Notes: generated by a model from the sequence alone, not told the origin. A DNA stretch of 53,471 nucleotides from Desulfobacterales bacterium (GCA_013375375.1 JABXJX010000003.1:1-53471); one strand, 5' to 3'; positions 16,865 through 25,850 are shown, numbered from the stretch's first letter. Numbers and translations: made by a program.

Positions 16865-16893
16865 TTGACTTTGCTAAATAAGCTTGATATATA
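16865..16893 (+). promoter_or_regulatory. sigma-70-like promoter for the response regulator gene
   Basis: TTGACT-N17-TATATA, about 65 nt upstream of the start at 16958. Confidence 0.4.
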
Positions 16894-16957
16894 AATGTAA
16901 TATTTTTGGACTCTTTTCTCCTTAAATCAAGCTTTCAACTATGTGGAGGGTGGAGAT

Positions 16958-17362
16958 ATGCTTAAGATCTTGCTGGTTGATGACGAGGGCATGGTTTCGG
17001 ACGTGCTTCAACAAATCTTAAGCCGGCTCGGGCATCATGTGGAAATTGCATCTGGCGGCAATGAAGGCCTTCGGATGTTTGATAGCCGAACCTATGATCT
17101 GGTGATAACGGATATTCTTATGCCAGGCATTGATGGGCGTAGTGTGGCCCTGCACATTCGTAAATCCAACAGGCCCTATACTCCAATTATAGGGATTTCA
17201 GGGACCCCATGGTTGCTTGAAGAAGAGATATTTGATTCCGTCATTCCCAAACCCTTCAGGATACAAGCCCTGACAAATGCTATCAGTAATGCCATGAAAG
17301 AAGGGTTAACGCCCCGGACACTTCCAATTCCCCGCTTCTCGCCACATGAAGCACTGCGGTAA
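16958..17362 (+). CDS. single-domain response regulator (CheY-like receiver)
   Basis: MLKILLVDDE..., ...DLVITDILMPGIDG.. and ..KPF. RBS GGAGGGTGGAG. Confidence 0.85.
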   Translation: MLKILLVDDEGMVSDVLQQILSRLGHHVEIASGGNEGLRMFDSRTYDLVITDILMPGIDGRSVALHIRKSNRPYTPIIGISGTPWLLEEEIFDSVIPKPFRIQALTNAISNAMKEGLTPRTLPIPRFSPHEALR

Positions 17363-17601
17363 AGCAGAACGCCAGCCTTTTACACACTTTTGCCCAAACC
17401 ACCACGGTTAATATTTTATTGATTCTATGATAGTTACAGGCGGCTGAATCCGGAGTTGTTTCGGCAGCAGCCTTTCAATATAAGGCCTGGGCAAGAAAAT
17501 AATTGACAGCAGCTATTTTTTTGTAATATGAAGATAAAAACGCATCAAGAAGGTGCGCTTTAGTCTTTTTTATACAACCTAATTTATAAAAAGAAATAGA
17601 A

Positions 17602-17653
17602 AGCCAGGAAGGCCGACAGGCAAGAAGCCCGTCATGTCTACCTGGCTTTTTTT
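17602..17653 (+). terminator. intrinsic terminator-like hairpin upstream of exbB
   Basis: AGCCAGG (17602-17608) pairs with CCTGGCT (17641-17647), with an inner GACAGG/CCCGTC stem. A 7-T run follows. Confidence 0.55.
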
Positions 17654-17739
17654 GTTGATGGTGCTTGTAAGGGTTTTCTTTATCAGGATAAAGAATCAAC
17701 AAATACGGTTTACAACAAAAACATAAATACAGGAGGCGT

Positions 17740-18408
17740 ATGGATATGATGGATTTTCTCGCAAAAGGAGGCGTTCTTGTTGGGCCTATCCTGCTTTGTT
17801 CTGTGCTGGCCATGGCCATTTTCCTGGAAAGATTGATCCGATTTGCCAGGGTGCGAATTCGAGGTTTTGGATTGGTGGAAAAGATCGCGCGGCATGTGAA
17901 AAACGGCGAGGACCACCAAGCATATGAACTTGCCGGCGCGAGCAACACGCCCATGGGGCGTGTCCTGGCACAAGCCATAGAGGTGAAGGATCAGGACAGG
18001 GAGACCCTGGAAACAGTTATTGTTCATGCTACGGACGAGGAACTGAGAGGGCTTTCTCGATATCTTCAGGCTCTCGCGACCATCGGCAATATTGCTCCCT
18101 TGCTCGGCCTGTTAGGAACGGTGCTGGGCATGATCAAGGCCTTTATGGTTATTCAAGAGATGGGAGGAAAGGTTAACGCTGCGGTTCTTGCTGGGGGCAT
18201 CTGGGAGGCCATGCTGACGACCGCCCTGGGCCTATCCATTGCCCTGCCCACCCTGGTGGCCCACAGTTACCTTGCCTCCCGCGTGGACAGATATGAGGCC
18301 CAACTCCAGGACGGAACGGTTACGTTTGTCAAAGCCATAGCCAATCGCATACACAGCGACACCGGACGGACTCATGCGCATGCCCACGCCCATGCTCGCA
18401 GTCATTAG
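17740..18408 (+). CDS. exbB: MotA/TolQ/ExbB proton-channel protein
   Basis: LSRYLQALATIGNIAPLLGLLGTVLGMI..AGGIWEAMLTTALGL is the ExbB/TolQ signature. The C-terminal tail is HAHAHAHARSH. Confidence 0.85.
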   Translation: MDMMDFLAKGGVLVGPILLCSVLAMAIFLERLIRFARVRIRGFGLVEKIARHVKNGEDHQAYELAGASNTPMGRVLAQAIEVKDQDRETLETVIVHATDEELRGLSRYLQALATIGNIAPLLGLLGTVLGMIKAFMVIQEMGGKVNAAVLAGGIWEAMLTTALGLSIALPTLVAHSYLASRVDRYEAQLQDGTVTFVKAIANRIHSDTGRTHAHAHAHARSH

Positions 18409-18419
18409 CAAAGGAGGCG

Positions 18420-18830
18420 ATGATGCTTGTTCATCCTAAACAAAGGACTCGGTTTCAGGTACAGGTGCCCCTGACCGCACTGATTGATATTGTCTTTCTC
18501 CTGTTGATCTATTTCCTTCTCACCACCAATTTTATGGTCGATGAAGGGATCAAGATCAAGCTGCCACAGGCCAAGGCTGCGGCACCCCAGACTGAGGAAG
18601 TAATTACCGTTTATGTGGACCGGCAAGGCAGGGCTTTTCTTGGAACCCAGGAGGTTCCCATTGCCGGGCTCTTTGACCGGCTCAAGGAGATGATCAGCAA
18701 CCGGGAGAACAAGCTGGTCGTTATTCGGGCCGACCGAGCCGTAATCCTGAACAAGGCCGTTAAAGTTATGGATATCGCCAAGGCGGCCGGTGCGAGCCGA
18801 TTGTGCCTGGCAACAGAAAAGGATTTTTAG
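18420..18830 (+). CDS. exbD: ExbD/TolR biopolymer transport protein
   Basis: The segment PLTALIDIVFLLLIYFLLT is followed by a periplasmic domain (V..V..DR...V..KAVKVMD.AK.AG). Confidence 0.85.
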   Translation: MMLVHPKQRTRFQVQVPLTALIDIVFLLLIYFLLTTNFMVDEGIKIKLPQAKAAAPQTEEVITVYVDRQGRAFLGTQEVPIAGLFDRLKEMISNRENKLVVIRADRAVILNKAVKVMDIAKAAGASRLCLATEKDF

Positions 18831-18876
18831 AAAAAGTCTGTGTGGGTCTGTGGCTAATTCAACAGTAGGCAAAACT

Positions 18877-19542
18877 ATGTCTAAAAGAAGTCCTAACTGG
18901 CTTTTGCGCGGCTTGGTATGTGTTTCGCTTGGCATACACCTGGTGATCTTCATGCATGTTTCCGGGCGTTACAGTTCAGACGCGCTGACTTACATCGAGT
19001 TAACATTGAAAGATGTATCGAAACCGCCCACAAAGAATATTCCCAGTCCGCGTCATAGACCGAAGCCGCCCCCCAGGCCACAGGATGTAAAAAGACCGAA
19101 GGTAGCTCAGCAGAAACCCCGGTTTAAACCGACTACTAAAGTAGAGCCTGTTAAAAGAGACCCGGCAGACAGCCCTGTGGAGAGAGTAAGCACGCCGGAT
19201 ATCCCTGCTGCCACCAGTTGGCATATTGATAAGCGAAGCCCGGAGGATATGGAGACCTCTATCAGCTATCTTGAAATGGTGAGACTCAAGATAGAAAGAC
19301 ATAAAGAGTATCCTGTCATGGCCAGGATCAGGCGCATCGAGGGACGTGTGACAATACGGTTTGTGATCACACCTGAGGGAGACATCAGGGCTACCAGGGT
19401 CGTGAAGGCCTCCGGGCACCCAACCCTGGATACTGCCGCACTAAGGGCTGTTCAGGATGCCGCACCTTTTCCCAAGCCGCCACCGCGTTTTTTTAAGGGA
19501 GAGATCCCTTTGGAGGTTACCATGATTTTTGAACTGAGCTGA
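18877..19542 (+). CDS. tonB: energy transducer TonB
   Basis: N-terminal TM anchor, a Pro/Lys-rich linker (PSPRHRPKPPPRPQDVKRPK) and a TonB C-terminal domain (YPVMARIRRIEGRVTIRFVI..G....V.KASGHPTLD.AAL.AV). I prefer the start at ATG 18877. Confidence 0.8.
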   Translation: MSKRSPNWLLRGLVCVSLGIHLVIFMHVSGRYSSDALTYIELTLKDVSKPPTKNIPSPRHRPKPPPRPQDVKRPKVAQQKPRFKPTTKVEPVKRDPADSPVERVSTPDIPAATSWHIDKRSPEDMETSISYLEMVRLKIERHKEYPVMARIRRIEGRVTIRFVITPEGDIRATRVVKASGHPTLDTAALRAVQDAAPFPKPPPRFFKGEIPLEVTMIFELS

Positions 19543-19654
19543 GGATAAGAGGGGGGTGATAGGAAAAAGCCGGGAAGTAAGAATCGAAAAAAAACAAGAA
19601 ACAAGGAGTCGAAAAGCTTAGTGAATACCAAATTAGGAAGGAGAATCAGTAACA

Positions 19655-21679
19655 ATGATGACGAAGTCACTAATAAGGAAAGCTAAACCGTCAAAGATCG
19701 TTGGGTTCTTAACCCATATGTCAAAAAGTCTTTTAACAATTGTTGTGATTGTGGCCCTGTCTGCATCAGTTACGTTTGCCCGGGCTGATGAACCCAGGGA
19801 AAGGGCCACAGCCAGACTGGAAGATATTGTGGTAACTGCCACCAAAACACCTCATGCCTTAAAAGATGTGCCGGTGGAAACTGTCGTGGTTACCAGGGAA
19901 GATATAGAGAGAACGAATGCGCAAAACGCAATGGATGTCTTGAAAAATGTTCCCGGAATTCAGACAGCTGTACATGATGATGTTTTCGGAACGTACACTT
20001 GGCGGGCTAAATTGCGGGGGTTGAATTTCAATGATGGTTATGGCCTGATCCTCATTGACGGGCAAAGGGCAATGGGCTGCGGCCAAAGCGGCGGCATGGG
20101 CGAATATGGCATCGGACTCAACCAGATTCCCGTGGATATGATCGAAAGGATCGAAGTGGTCAAGGGCCCCAGTTCGGCATTATACGGCAGCGATGCTATG
20201 GCTGGTGTGATCAATATTATCACGAAGAAGGTTCCAAGGAAGGCGACCGGAAGTGCTGGTGTAACGTATGGGTGGTACACGGTCAAAGAAAAAAAGAATA
20301 ATGGTACAATCACGAAACCTTCCGACGAAGGGAAAAGCCGGAATGTCTCTAAGCACTATGTTTTTTTTGGTGACAAGATCTCGGACCGGTTTGGCTATTT
20401 GCTGCATTACAATAATGACAGCGCCGAAGACATAAGTGAGGATCCGGTCAAATCTGATCGCCACTCTTTTATGGGCAAGCTAAATGCAGATCTTAGCGAG
20501 AGCGTTGATGTCTATCTGAGGTGTGAATTGAGTGATTATGAAAAGACAGATAACCGAGAGGAAGATAGCTATCGCGTTTCCGCCGGGATTGACTTTCGTC
20601 CAATGGATGACCATTTCTTTTCTTTAAAGGGATATACATATACCTGGGATTTCACGCACGGTTATCCTGGTTATTCCTATGGATATAAATATGGCGATGT
20701 AGGTTATGACCAGGGTGAGATTCAGTACACCTGGTATTTCAACGATTGGAATGCTCTCACCCTGGGTGGAGAAGTTCAAAAGCAAGGTATTAATTATATC
20801 ATAGAAAACGCAGATGGTAGTGTAGTTAAAGTTGAAGAAAACGTGGATACCTCCAGTCTGTATGTTCAGGACGAAATCACCCTGTTTAAGACTTTTACCC
20901 TGGTTGGAGGTCTCCGTTATGATGATCACTCCAACTTCGGAAGTGAGGTAAATCCTAAACTAAGCCTCATGTACAAGTTTTCTGAAGATACAACTTTTAG
21001 GGCTTCAGTAGGCAAGGCATTCAAATCGCCCACCATTCGTCAACTCTATTACGATACTCCATACAAGCATGGCGATTATTACTGCAAGTCCAATCGAGAT
21101 CTTCAGCCAGAAACAGCCGTTGGTTATTCTGCAAGCATAGAACAGTTTTTATTCGACCAGGGTATCATGGTGAATCTCGGTTATTTTCGTACGGACGTGG
21201 AAGACATGGTAATCCGAGAAGATACAGGCACCACATATAACGGCCTGCCGCTGAAAGTTTATAAGAATGTGGAAGAAGCCTGGACACAGGGCCTTGAACT
21301 CATGTGCAGGACGTATCTGGCCGAAGAATTTTCCACTTCCTTATCATATACTTATACTGATTCGGAAAATAAGGAGACCGGCAAGGAACTGACCTATACA
21401 CCAAAACACGTTTTTAGCATTTCGCCTGCATACGAACTGAAAAAATACGGTTTGGGCACAAGCGCTACCATCTCGTACATCGGCAAGCAATACAAAAACT
21501 CAGACAATACCACCCAGGTCGATGAGCATACTGTAGTAGATGCGAAGATCTACAAAAACCTTTCCGACAAGGCCAAACTGTCCTTTGAGGCAGACAACCT
21601 TTTTGACTCTGATAAAGGTGATGAAGGTAATTTCCGTACCGGGAGAACTTTTACGGTTAAATTCGACGTTTCCTTTTAA
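19655..21679 (+). CDS. TonB-dependent outer-membrane receptor
   Basis: Signal peptide, TonB box/plug (LEDIVVTATKTP..VPVETVVVTREDIE..GPSSALYGSDAMAGVINIITK), a beta-barrel and a C-terminal F. Confidence 0.85.
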   Translation: MMTKSLIRKAKPSKIVGFLTHMSKSLLTIVVIVALSASVTFARADEPRERATARLEDIVVTATKTPHALKDVPVETVVVTREDIERTNAQNAMDVLKNVPGIQTAVHDDVFGTYTWRAKLRGLNFNDGYGLILIDGQRAMGCGQSGGMGEYGIGLNQIPVDMIERIEVVKGPSSALYGSDAMAGVINIITKKVPRKATGSAGVTYGWYTVKEKKNNGTITKPSDEGKSRNVSKHYVFFGDKISDRFGYLLHYNNDSAEDISEDPVKSDRHSFMGKLNADLSESVDVYLRCELSDYEKTDNREEDSYRVSAGIDFRPMDDHFFSLKGYTYTWDFTHGYPGYSYGYKYGDVGYDQGEIQYTWYFNDWNALTLGGEVQKQGINYIIENADGSVVKVEENVDTSSLYVQDEITLFKTFTLVGGLRYDDHSNFGSEVNPKLSLMYKFSEDTTFRASVGKAFKSPTIRQLYYDTPYKHGDYYCKSNRDLQPETAVGYSASIEQFLFDQGIMVNLGYFRTDVEDMVIREDTGTTYNGLPLKVYKNVEEAWTQGLELMCRTYLAEEFSTSLSYTYTDSENKETGKELTYTPKHVFSISPAYELKKYGLGTSATISYIGKQYKNSDNTTQVDEHTVVDAKIYKNLSDKAKLSFEADNLFDSDKGDEGNFRTGRTFTVKFDVSF

Positions 21680-21703
21680 TTTCTTCAGATGAGAGGATAT
21701 GTT

Positions 21704-22489
21704 ATGAAAAAAAAGTATAAAACAAGGATGTTGCAGGTTATTAGTGTAAGCATTTTTGCCCTGGTGTGTCTTTGCACTCAGGCGTATGCTCATTATCCTT
21801 GGATAAATGTGGCCGATTATACGCCGGAGGTAGGGAGGAGCTTAAAGCTGACAATTGGTTGGGGACATTCGTTTCCGTTAGATGGTTTCCTGAAAAAAGA
21901 TGCCCTGGAAAGCATTTATCTTCTGGATTCTAAAGGGAAAAAGAGGACCATTCAGGCCTCTTCCGACTTGGAATTTCAATCAGAGGAAAGCATAAGTAAA
22001 CCGGGAGCCTATATTGTTGCAGCCAAAAGAAAAGCAGGATTTTATACCAAAACCACCGAAGGAGGAAAGAGACGTTCGAAAAAGGGTTTGAAGAACGTTA
22101 TCAAATGTTCCCACTCCCATATGTGCACCAAGGCCGTTGTCAATGTGGGGGAAAAGGGGGGGGAGGTGGACACCCGCATCGGCCATCCGATCGAAATCAT
22201 TCCCCTGGCAAATCCTGCTGATTTAAGAGTAGGTGATTATTTGCCCGTGCAGGTACTTTTGAAGGGCAAACCATTCAAAGGAGAGATTTACGCTACCTAT
22301 GTCGGTTTCTCCACAGAAAAAAACACATTTGCCTATGCCACATCAACCAATAAAAAAGGTAAAGGCAAAATAAAGATACTACATTCCGGTGTCTGGATGA
22401 TCAAGGCAGACCACGAGGAACCGTATCCGGACCAAAGTGAGTGTGATGTGGAGTCGTTTGTGACGACGCTTACCTTTGAAGTGAAGTAA
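21704..22489 (+). CDS. DUF4198-family periplasmic protein (Ni/Co-uptake associated)
   Basis: A signal peptide is followed by AHYPWINV...LKLTIGWGHSFP, which is typical of DUF4198. I prefer the ATG at 21704 because of the RBS GAGAGGA. Confidence 0.7.
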   Translation: MKKKYKTRMLQVISVSIFALVCLCTQAYAHYPWINVADYTPEVGRSLKLTIGWGHSFPLDGFLKKDALESIYLLDSKGKKRTIQASSDLEFQSEESISKPGAYIVAAKRKAGFYTKTTEGGKRRSKKGLKNVIKCSHSHMCTKAVVNVGEKGGEVDTRIGHPIEIIPLANPADLRVGDYLPVQVLLKGKPFKGEIYATYVGFSTEKNTFAYATSTNKKGKGKIKILHSGVWMIKADHEEPYPDQSECDVESFVTTLTFEVK

Positions 22490-22634
22490 ACATGTATTAG
22501 TATAACTCTAGTATATGGTTCGTTAAGAAGACCGGCTGACCCGAATTTTTTTGCAGACAAACAAAGATCACTAATGAATTGGTTATGAGGCAGTGAACAC
22601 TTATGATGCTTTTTGTCGGAGGAGAAGGTCACGA

Positions 22635-23138
22635 ATGAAATTCATCTCATTATGGTTGGGTATCACTATTGGCTTATTGGCAATAACAGGAAATGCCTGG
22701 TCTCATGGTGTGCTCGGGAGAATCAGCCCGGGAAAAGGAATTCTCGTCGAAGCTGAGTATGATGATGGTGAGCCCATGAGTTATTCGAGCATCGAAATAT
22801 TCGATTCAGGAGAAAGCCTCCCCTTTCAATCGGGAAGAACCGATAGAAATGGCCGGTTCCTTTTTTATCCGGATAAGATGGGGAACTGGAAAGTTGTTAT
22901 TAACGATGGGATGGGACATCGCCTTGTATTGAAGACAGCCATTGAAAAGACCCTTGATCTCAAAAAGACAAATGAACAACAAGCCAAAAGCATAGATGAG
23001 AGTTCCCTTCCCAAATACGTTAGGGGTTTAATAGGTATTTCCATCATCTTTGGTATTTCCGGGATTTTCTTTTGGTGGAGAAGCAGGAAGATCTATAGAA
23101 AGAGTGACGAAGGAAATTACGAGTCCCCGAAGCAATAA
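22635..23138 (+). CDS. secreted beta-sandwich (transthyretin / CarboxypepD_reg-like) protein with C-terminal TM anchor
   Basis: Signal peptide, then SHGV.. and ..TDRNGRFLFYPDKMGNWKVVINDGMGHR, and a C-terminal helix (LIGISIIFGISGIFFWW). RBS GGAGGAGAAGG. Confidence 0.45.
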   Translation: MKFISLWLGITIGLLAITGNAWSHGVLGRISPGKGILVEAEYDDGEPMSYSSIEIFDSGESLPFQSGRTDRNGRFLFYPDKMGNWKVVINDGMGHRLVLKTAIEKTLDLKKTNEQQAKSIDESSLPKYVRGLIGISIIFGISGIFFWWRSRKIYRKSDEGNYESPKQ

Positions 23139-23139
23139 C

Positions 23140-23200
23140 CCGCCGTCGCTAAAGCTATGGCGGGTCGCCACGCCATTCATCCCCGTGCTTCCGCACGGGG
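23140..23200. repeat. GC-rich structured intergenic element (two hairpins)
   Basis: First hairpin: CCGCC(23140-23144)...GGCGG(23159-23163). Second hairpin: a perfect 8-bp stem CCCCGTGC-TTCC-GCACGGGG (23181-23200). Confidence 0.45.
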
Positions 23201-23360
23201 CATTCTGGCGAAGGCGAGTAAATGTCCACGTCTTTAAAGGCAGGGCTTTTGAGACGCGAGGCTTGCCGATCTGAAAAATTCTGGTCTTTGTAGATTATTT
23301 GTAATATGATTTAAAAATGAGCAGTGTCCGTACCACAAACCAAAGGGGCAACGAAAAGCA

Positions 23361-23561
23361 GTGATGCGTGCTGTAGTCTGGCTGCATATTCTTGTCATAG
23401 TCTGCCTTCTGGGGTATTCTACTTACTCCCTTTTTAAGGGTAATTTTGAGCAAGCGTTTTTGCCGTACCCGATATTGATTATATATTACCTCCTGTTTGC
23501 GCGAAGCAAGGCCAAAACTACTTCATCCCGGGAAAGCCGGGATCAGAACATCAGGTATTGA
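23361..23561 (+). CDS. small membrane protein (66 aa), hypothetical
   Basis: Two hydrophobic helices. The stop overlaps the start of the GNAT gene, which suggests coupling. Confidence 0.4.
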   Translation: MMRAVVWLHILVIVCLLGYSTYSLFKGNFEQAFLPYPILIIYYLLFARSKAKTTSSRESRDQNIRY

Positions 23562-23562
23562 T

Positions 23563-24018
23563 ATGATACGCAAAGCCACTGTAAGAGATGTGGAGGCGAT
23601 TCACGGCCTTTTGAAAAAGCATGCCGACCGAGGGGAACTGTTACCGCGGGCCTTGAGTGACATCTATGATGACTTGAGAGACTTTAGCGTGTTTGAGGAA
23701 AAAAGCAACGGATCTATTGTCGGCGCCTGTGCCCTTCACGTCTGTTGGGAAGACCTGGCGGAGATACGTTCTCTGGCTGTTCGCGAGCAATATCAACGAA
23801 AGGGGATCGGATCTGCGCTGGTTACCGCGGCCATAGCCGAGGCCCACGCCCTTGGGATCAAGCGTATCTTTACCCTGACCTACAGGCCGGATTTTTTCAG
23901 CAAACATGAATTTGAGATAGTAGACAAGGCCACGCTTCCCCAGAAAGTATGGGCGGAGTGCATCAAGTGCGTGAAGTTTCCGGACTGCGATGAAATTGCA
24001 ATGCTGAAACCCCTGTAA
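23563..24018 (+). CDS. GNAT-family N-acetyltransferase
   Basis: The segments MIRKATVRDVEAIHGLL and LAVREQYQRKGIGSALV include the acetyl-CoA Q/RxxGxG/A motif. I prefer the start at 23563. Confidence 0.85.
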   Translation: MIRKATVRDVEAIHGLLKKHADRGELLPRALSDIYDDLRDFSVFEEKSNGSIVGACALHVCWEDLAEIRSLAVREQYQRKGIGSALVTAAIAEAHALGIKRIFTLTYRPDFFSKHEFEIVDKATLPQKVWAECIKCVKFPDCDEIAMLKPL

Positions 24019-24031
24019 CCGTGTAACCGAA

Positions 24032-25381
24032 ATGACCGATACTTTGTCGATTGTCGACCCGATCATGACCAGGCTCTCCCGTGAGGGCCTGGACGCTTAT
24101 GAAGTCTATATAGCTTGTTCCAGCGGCCTTACAATTGAAGTCAAGGATGGCGCTCTTGATGTCTTTGTAAAAAGTGAAAATACCGGCCTCGGCCTGAGAC
24201 TAATAAAAGAGCAACGACCGGGATTTGCTTTTTCTACCGACCTATCGCCAAAGGTTATTCCGGATCTGATCGAAAGGGTCATTCACGGGGCCGGTGCCAC
24301 GGACCCGGACCCCTTTGTTGGATTCCCATCGTCCCCCGCTGAAACGCCGCCCCAACTTGATCAATTCGATCATGACCTTCAAAGGATTTCCGCTGAAGAC
24401 AAAATCGACAGGGCCCGCAGCCTTGAAGCCGCGGCAAGATCGAGTGACCCACGTATCAAGAAGGTGCGCAAGGCGGCTTATGTTGAAACCACCGGTATTG
24501 TGACGATATGTAATCATGCGGGCCTTAAGCTTTCCTGCCATAAAACACTTGTGTCCGGGAGCATCATGGTAGTGGCAGAGGAAGGGGAAAATGCGGAAAC
24601 CGGGTGGGATTATGACTTTTCTCCATTTTTCAGCCGGCTCGACATGGGTTCAATCGGTGCTACGGCAGCCGGAAGAGCCGTCAGCATGCTCGGTGCCCGC
24701 CCTGTCAGGAGTACACAGGCCCCTGCCGTGTTGCCTCCCTGGGTTGCATCGGATGTCCTAAGTATCCTCTCCGCGTCTTTTATGGCCGACAACGTTCAGA
24801 AAGGAAAATCTATGCTCCTTGGGCGAGCAGGTGAGTCGGTCTTTTCACCTCACGTGACGATTGTAGACGATGGACTCTATCCTGGCGGCATTGCCTCCAA
24901 CCCGTTTGATGACGAGGGCTCTTTTCACGGCCGAAACGTATTAGTATCAGAAGGAGTTGTACAAGGATTTCTCTATGACCAATACACAGCCAACAAAGAG
25001 GGCCGCCGCTCAACGGGTAACGCCGGACGCCACGGAATAAAGGACCCCCCGTCTGTTCGTGCCACTAATTTTTACATCCAGGCAGGCCCCGTTGACCCAA
25101 ATGAGCTTTTGTCTTCCTTGCAGGAAGGTCTTATGGTGACGGAACTAATAGGGCTCCACACCGCAGACCCCATCTCAGGAGATTTCTCTGTTGGCGCGGC
25201 AGGATTATGGATCAAAGGCGGCGAAATACTACATCCAGTGAAGGGGATTGCCATATCGGGCAATCTGATTGATCTGTTCGGCAACGTGGACGGTGCTGGT
25301 ACAGACCTGAAATTCTACGGGCAATTCGGAGCCCCCAGCCTGAGAATTTCAGCCCTTAATATCGCCGGCCTTGGTACTTGA
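24032..25381 (+). CDS. TldD/PmbA-family metalloprotease
   Basis: 449 aa. The conserved C-terminal region (NFYIQAG..LQEGLMVTELIGLHTADPISGDFSVGAAGLWIKGGEI..PVKGIAISGN) is typical of PmbA/TldD. Confidence 0.85.
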   Translation: MTDTLSIVDPIMTRLSREGLDAYEVYIACSSGLTIEVKDGALDVFVKSENTGLGLRLIKEQRPGFAFSTDLSPKVIPDLIERVIHGAGATDPDPFVGFPSSPAETPPQLDQFDHDLQRISAEDKIDRARSLEAAARSSDPRIKKVRKAAYVETTGIVTICNHAGLKLSCHKTLVSGSIMVVAEEGENAETGWDYDFSPFFSRLDMGSIGATAAGRAVSMLGARPVRSTQAPAVLPPWVASDVLSILSASFMADNVQKGKSMLLGRAGESVFSPHVTIVDDGLYPGGIASNPFDDEGSFHGRNVLVSEGVVQGFLYDQYTANKEGRRSTGNAGRHGIKDPPSVRATNFYIQAGPVDPNELLSSLQEGLMVTELIGLHTADPISGDFSVGAAGLWIKGGEILHPVKGIAISGNLIDLFGNVDGAGTDLKFYGQFGAPSLRISALNIAGLGT

Positions 25382-25489
25382 GTCCTGCATGAAAACCGGG
25401 TTGAAAAAGGATAATAATAAAAGGGTATTAGCATAACAAAAATAACAAAATTTACTTATGTTTTCCGGTAAATATTCCGATAAATATAA

Positions 25490-25590
25490 AGGTAAAAAAG
25501 CAAACCGTTCGAAAGGATGGGACGCAAAGCCATCGGCCTAAGTTTCGAAGTATCGGGATAGGGCGGCAGGGTTGCCCGACTTTGAAGTAT
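25490..25590 (+). promoter_or_regulatory. c-di-GMP-I (GEMM-I) riboswitch aptamer
   Basis: GCAAACCGUUCGAAAGGAUGGGACGCAAAGCCAUCGGCCUAAG...GGGAUAGGGCGGCAGGGUUGCCCGAC reproduces the conserved GEMM-I core: the GNRA-capped P1a stem, GGGACGCAAAGCC, CGGCCUAA and the GGGUUnCC 3' element, as in V. cholerae Vc2. Confidence 0.85.
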
Positions 25591-25607
25591 TTAAACGCCT
25601 TGAGCAT

Positions 25608-25638
25608 GGCCCATTCTTTCGGGGGAGATGGGCCTTTT
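25608..25638 (+). terminator. intrinsic terminator (riboswitch expression platform)
   Basis: GGCCCAT(25608-25614) pairs with ATGGGCC(25628-25634), followed by TTTT. Confidence 0.7.
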
Positions 25639-25785
25639 AAATATTAAATATGCGCAGTTGCCAATATACAACTAAAATAGTACAAAGGTTCTTTCCATGG
25701 CCAAAAGTTCAATAAGGAACTCCGATGGCGTGTTATTTGCATATTGCATACCTGGCATCAAGAAGGGCTTTGCAGGACAAAAGCC

Positions 25786-25815
25786 TTGACAGGCCGGGAC
25801 GGCCTATGGTAAATA
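25786..25815 (+). promoter_or_regulatory. sigma-70-like promoter upstream of the M23 peptidase gene
   Basis: TTGACA-N18-TAAATA. Confidence 0.35.
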
Positions 25816-25824
25816 CTTGCAAAT

Positions 25825-25850
25825 GTTGTCATTATCATGACAATGACAAC
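25825..25850. promoter_or_regulatory. 9-bp perfect inverted repeat (operator-like)
   Basis: GTTGTCATT-N8-AATGACAAC, located between the promoter-like element and the M23 peptidase RBS. Confidence 0.5.

Noticed and set aside
17363-17739. A cobalamin (or other known) riboswitch in front of the TonB-dependent uptake cluster.
   Set aside because: No B12-box-like core (GCCACUG / AGYCMGG..CCKGCC context) or other familiar aptamer core could be recognised. Only a generic hairpin-terminator remains, and that is reported as a low-confidence finding.
25697-25787. A 29-codon ORF (MAKSSIRNSDGVLFAYCIPGIKKGFAGQKP) between the riboswitch terminator and the M23 promoter.
   Set aside because: It has no convincing RBS and no recognisable motif, and it is too short to support without conservation or expression data.
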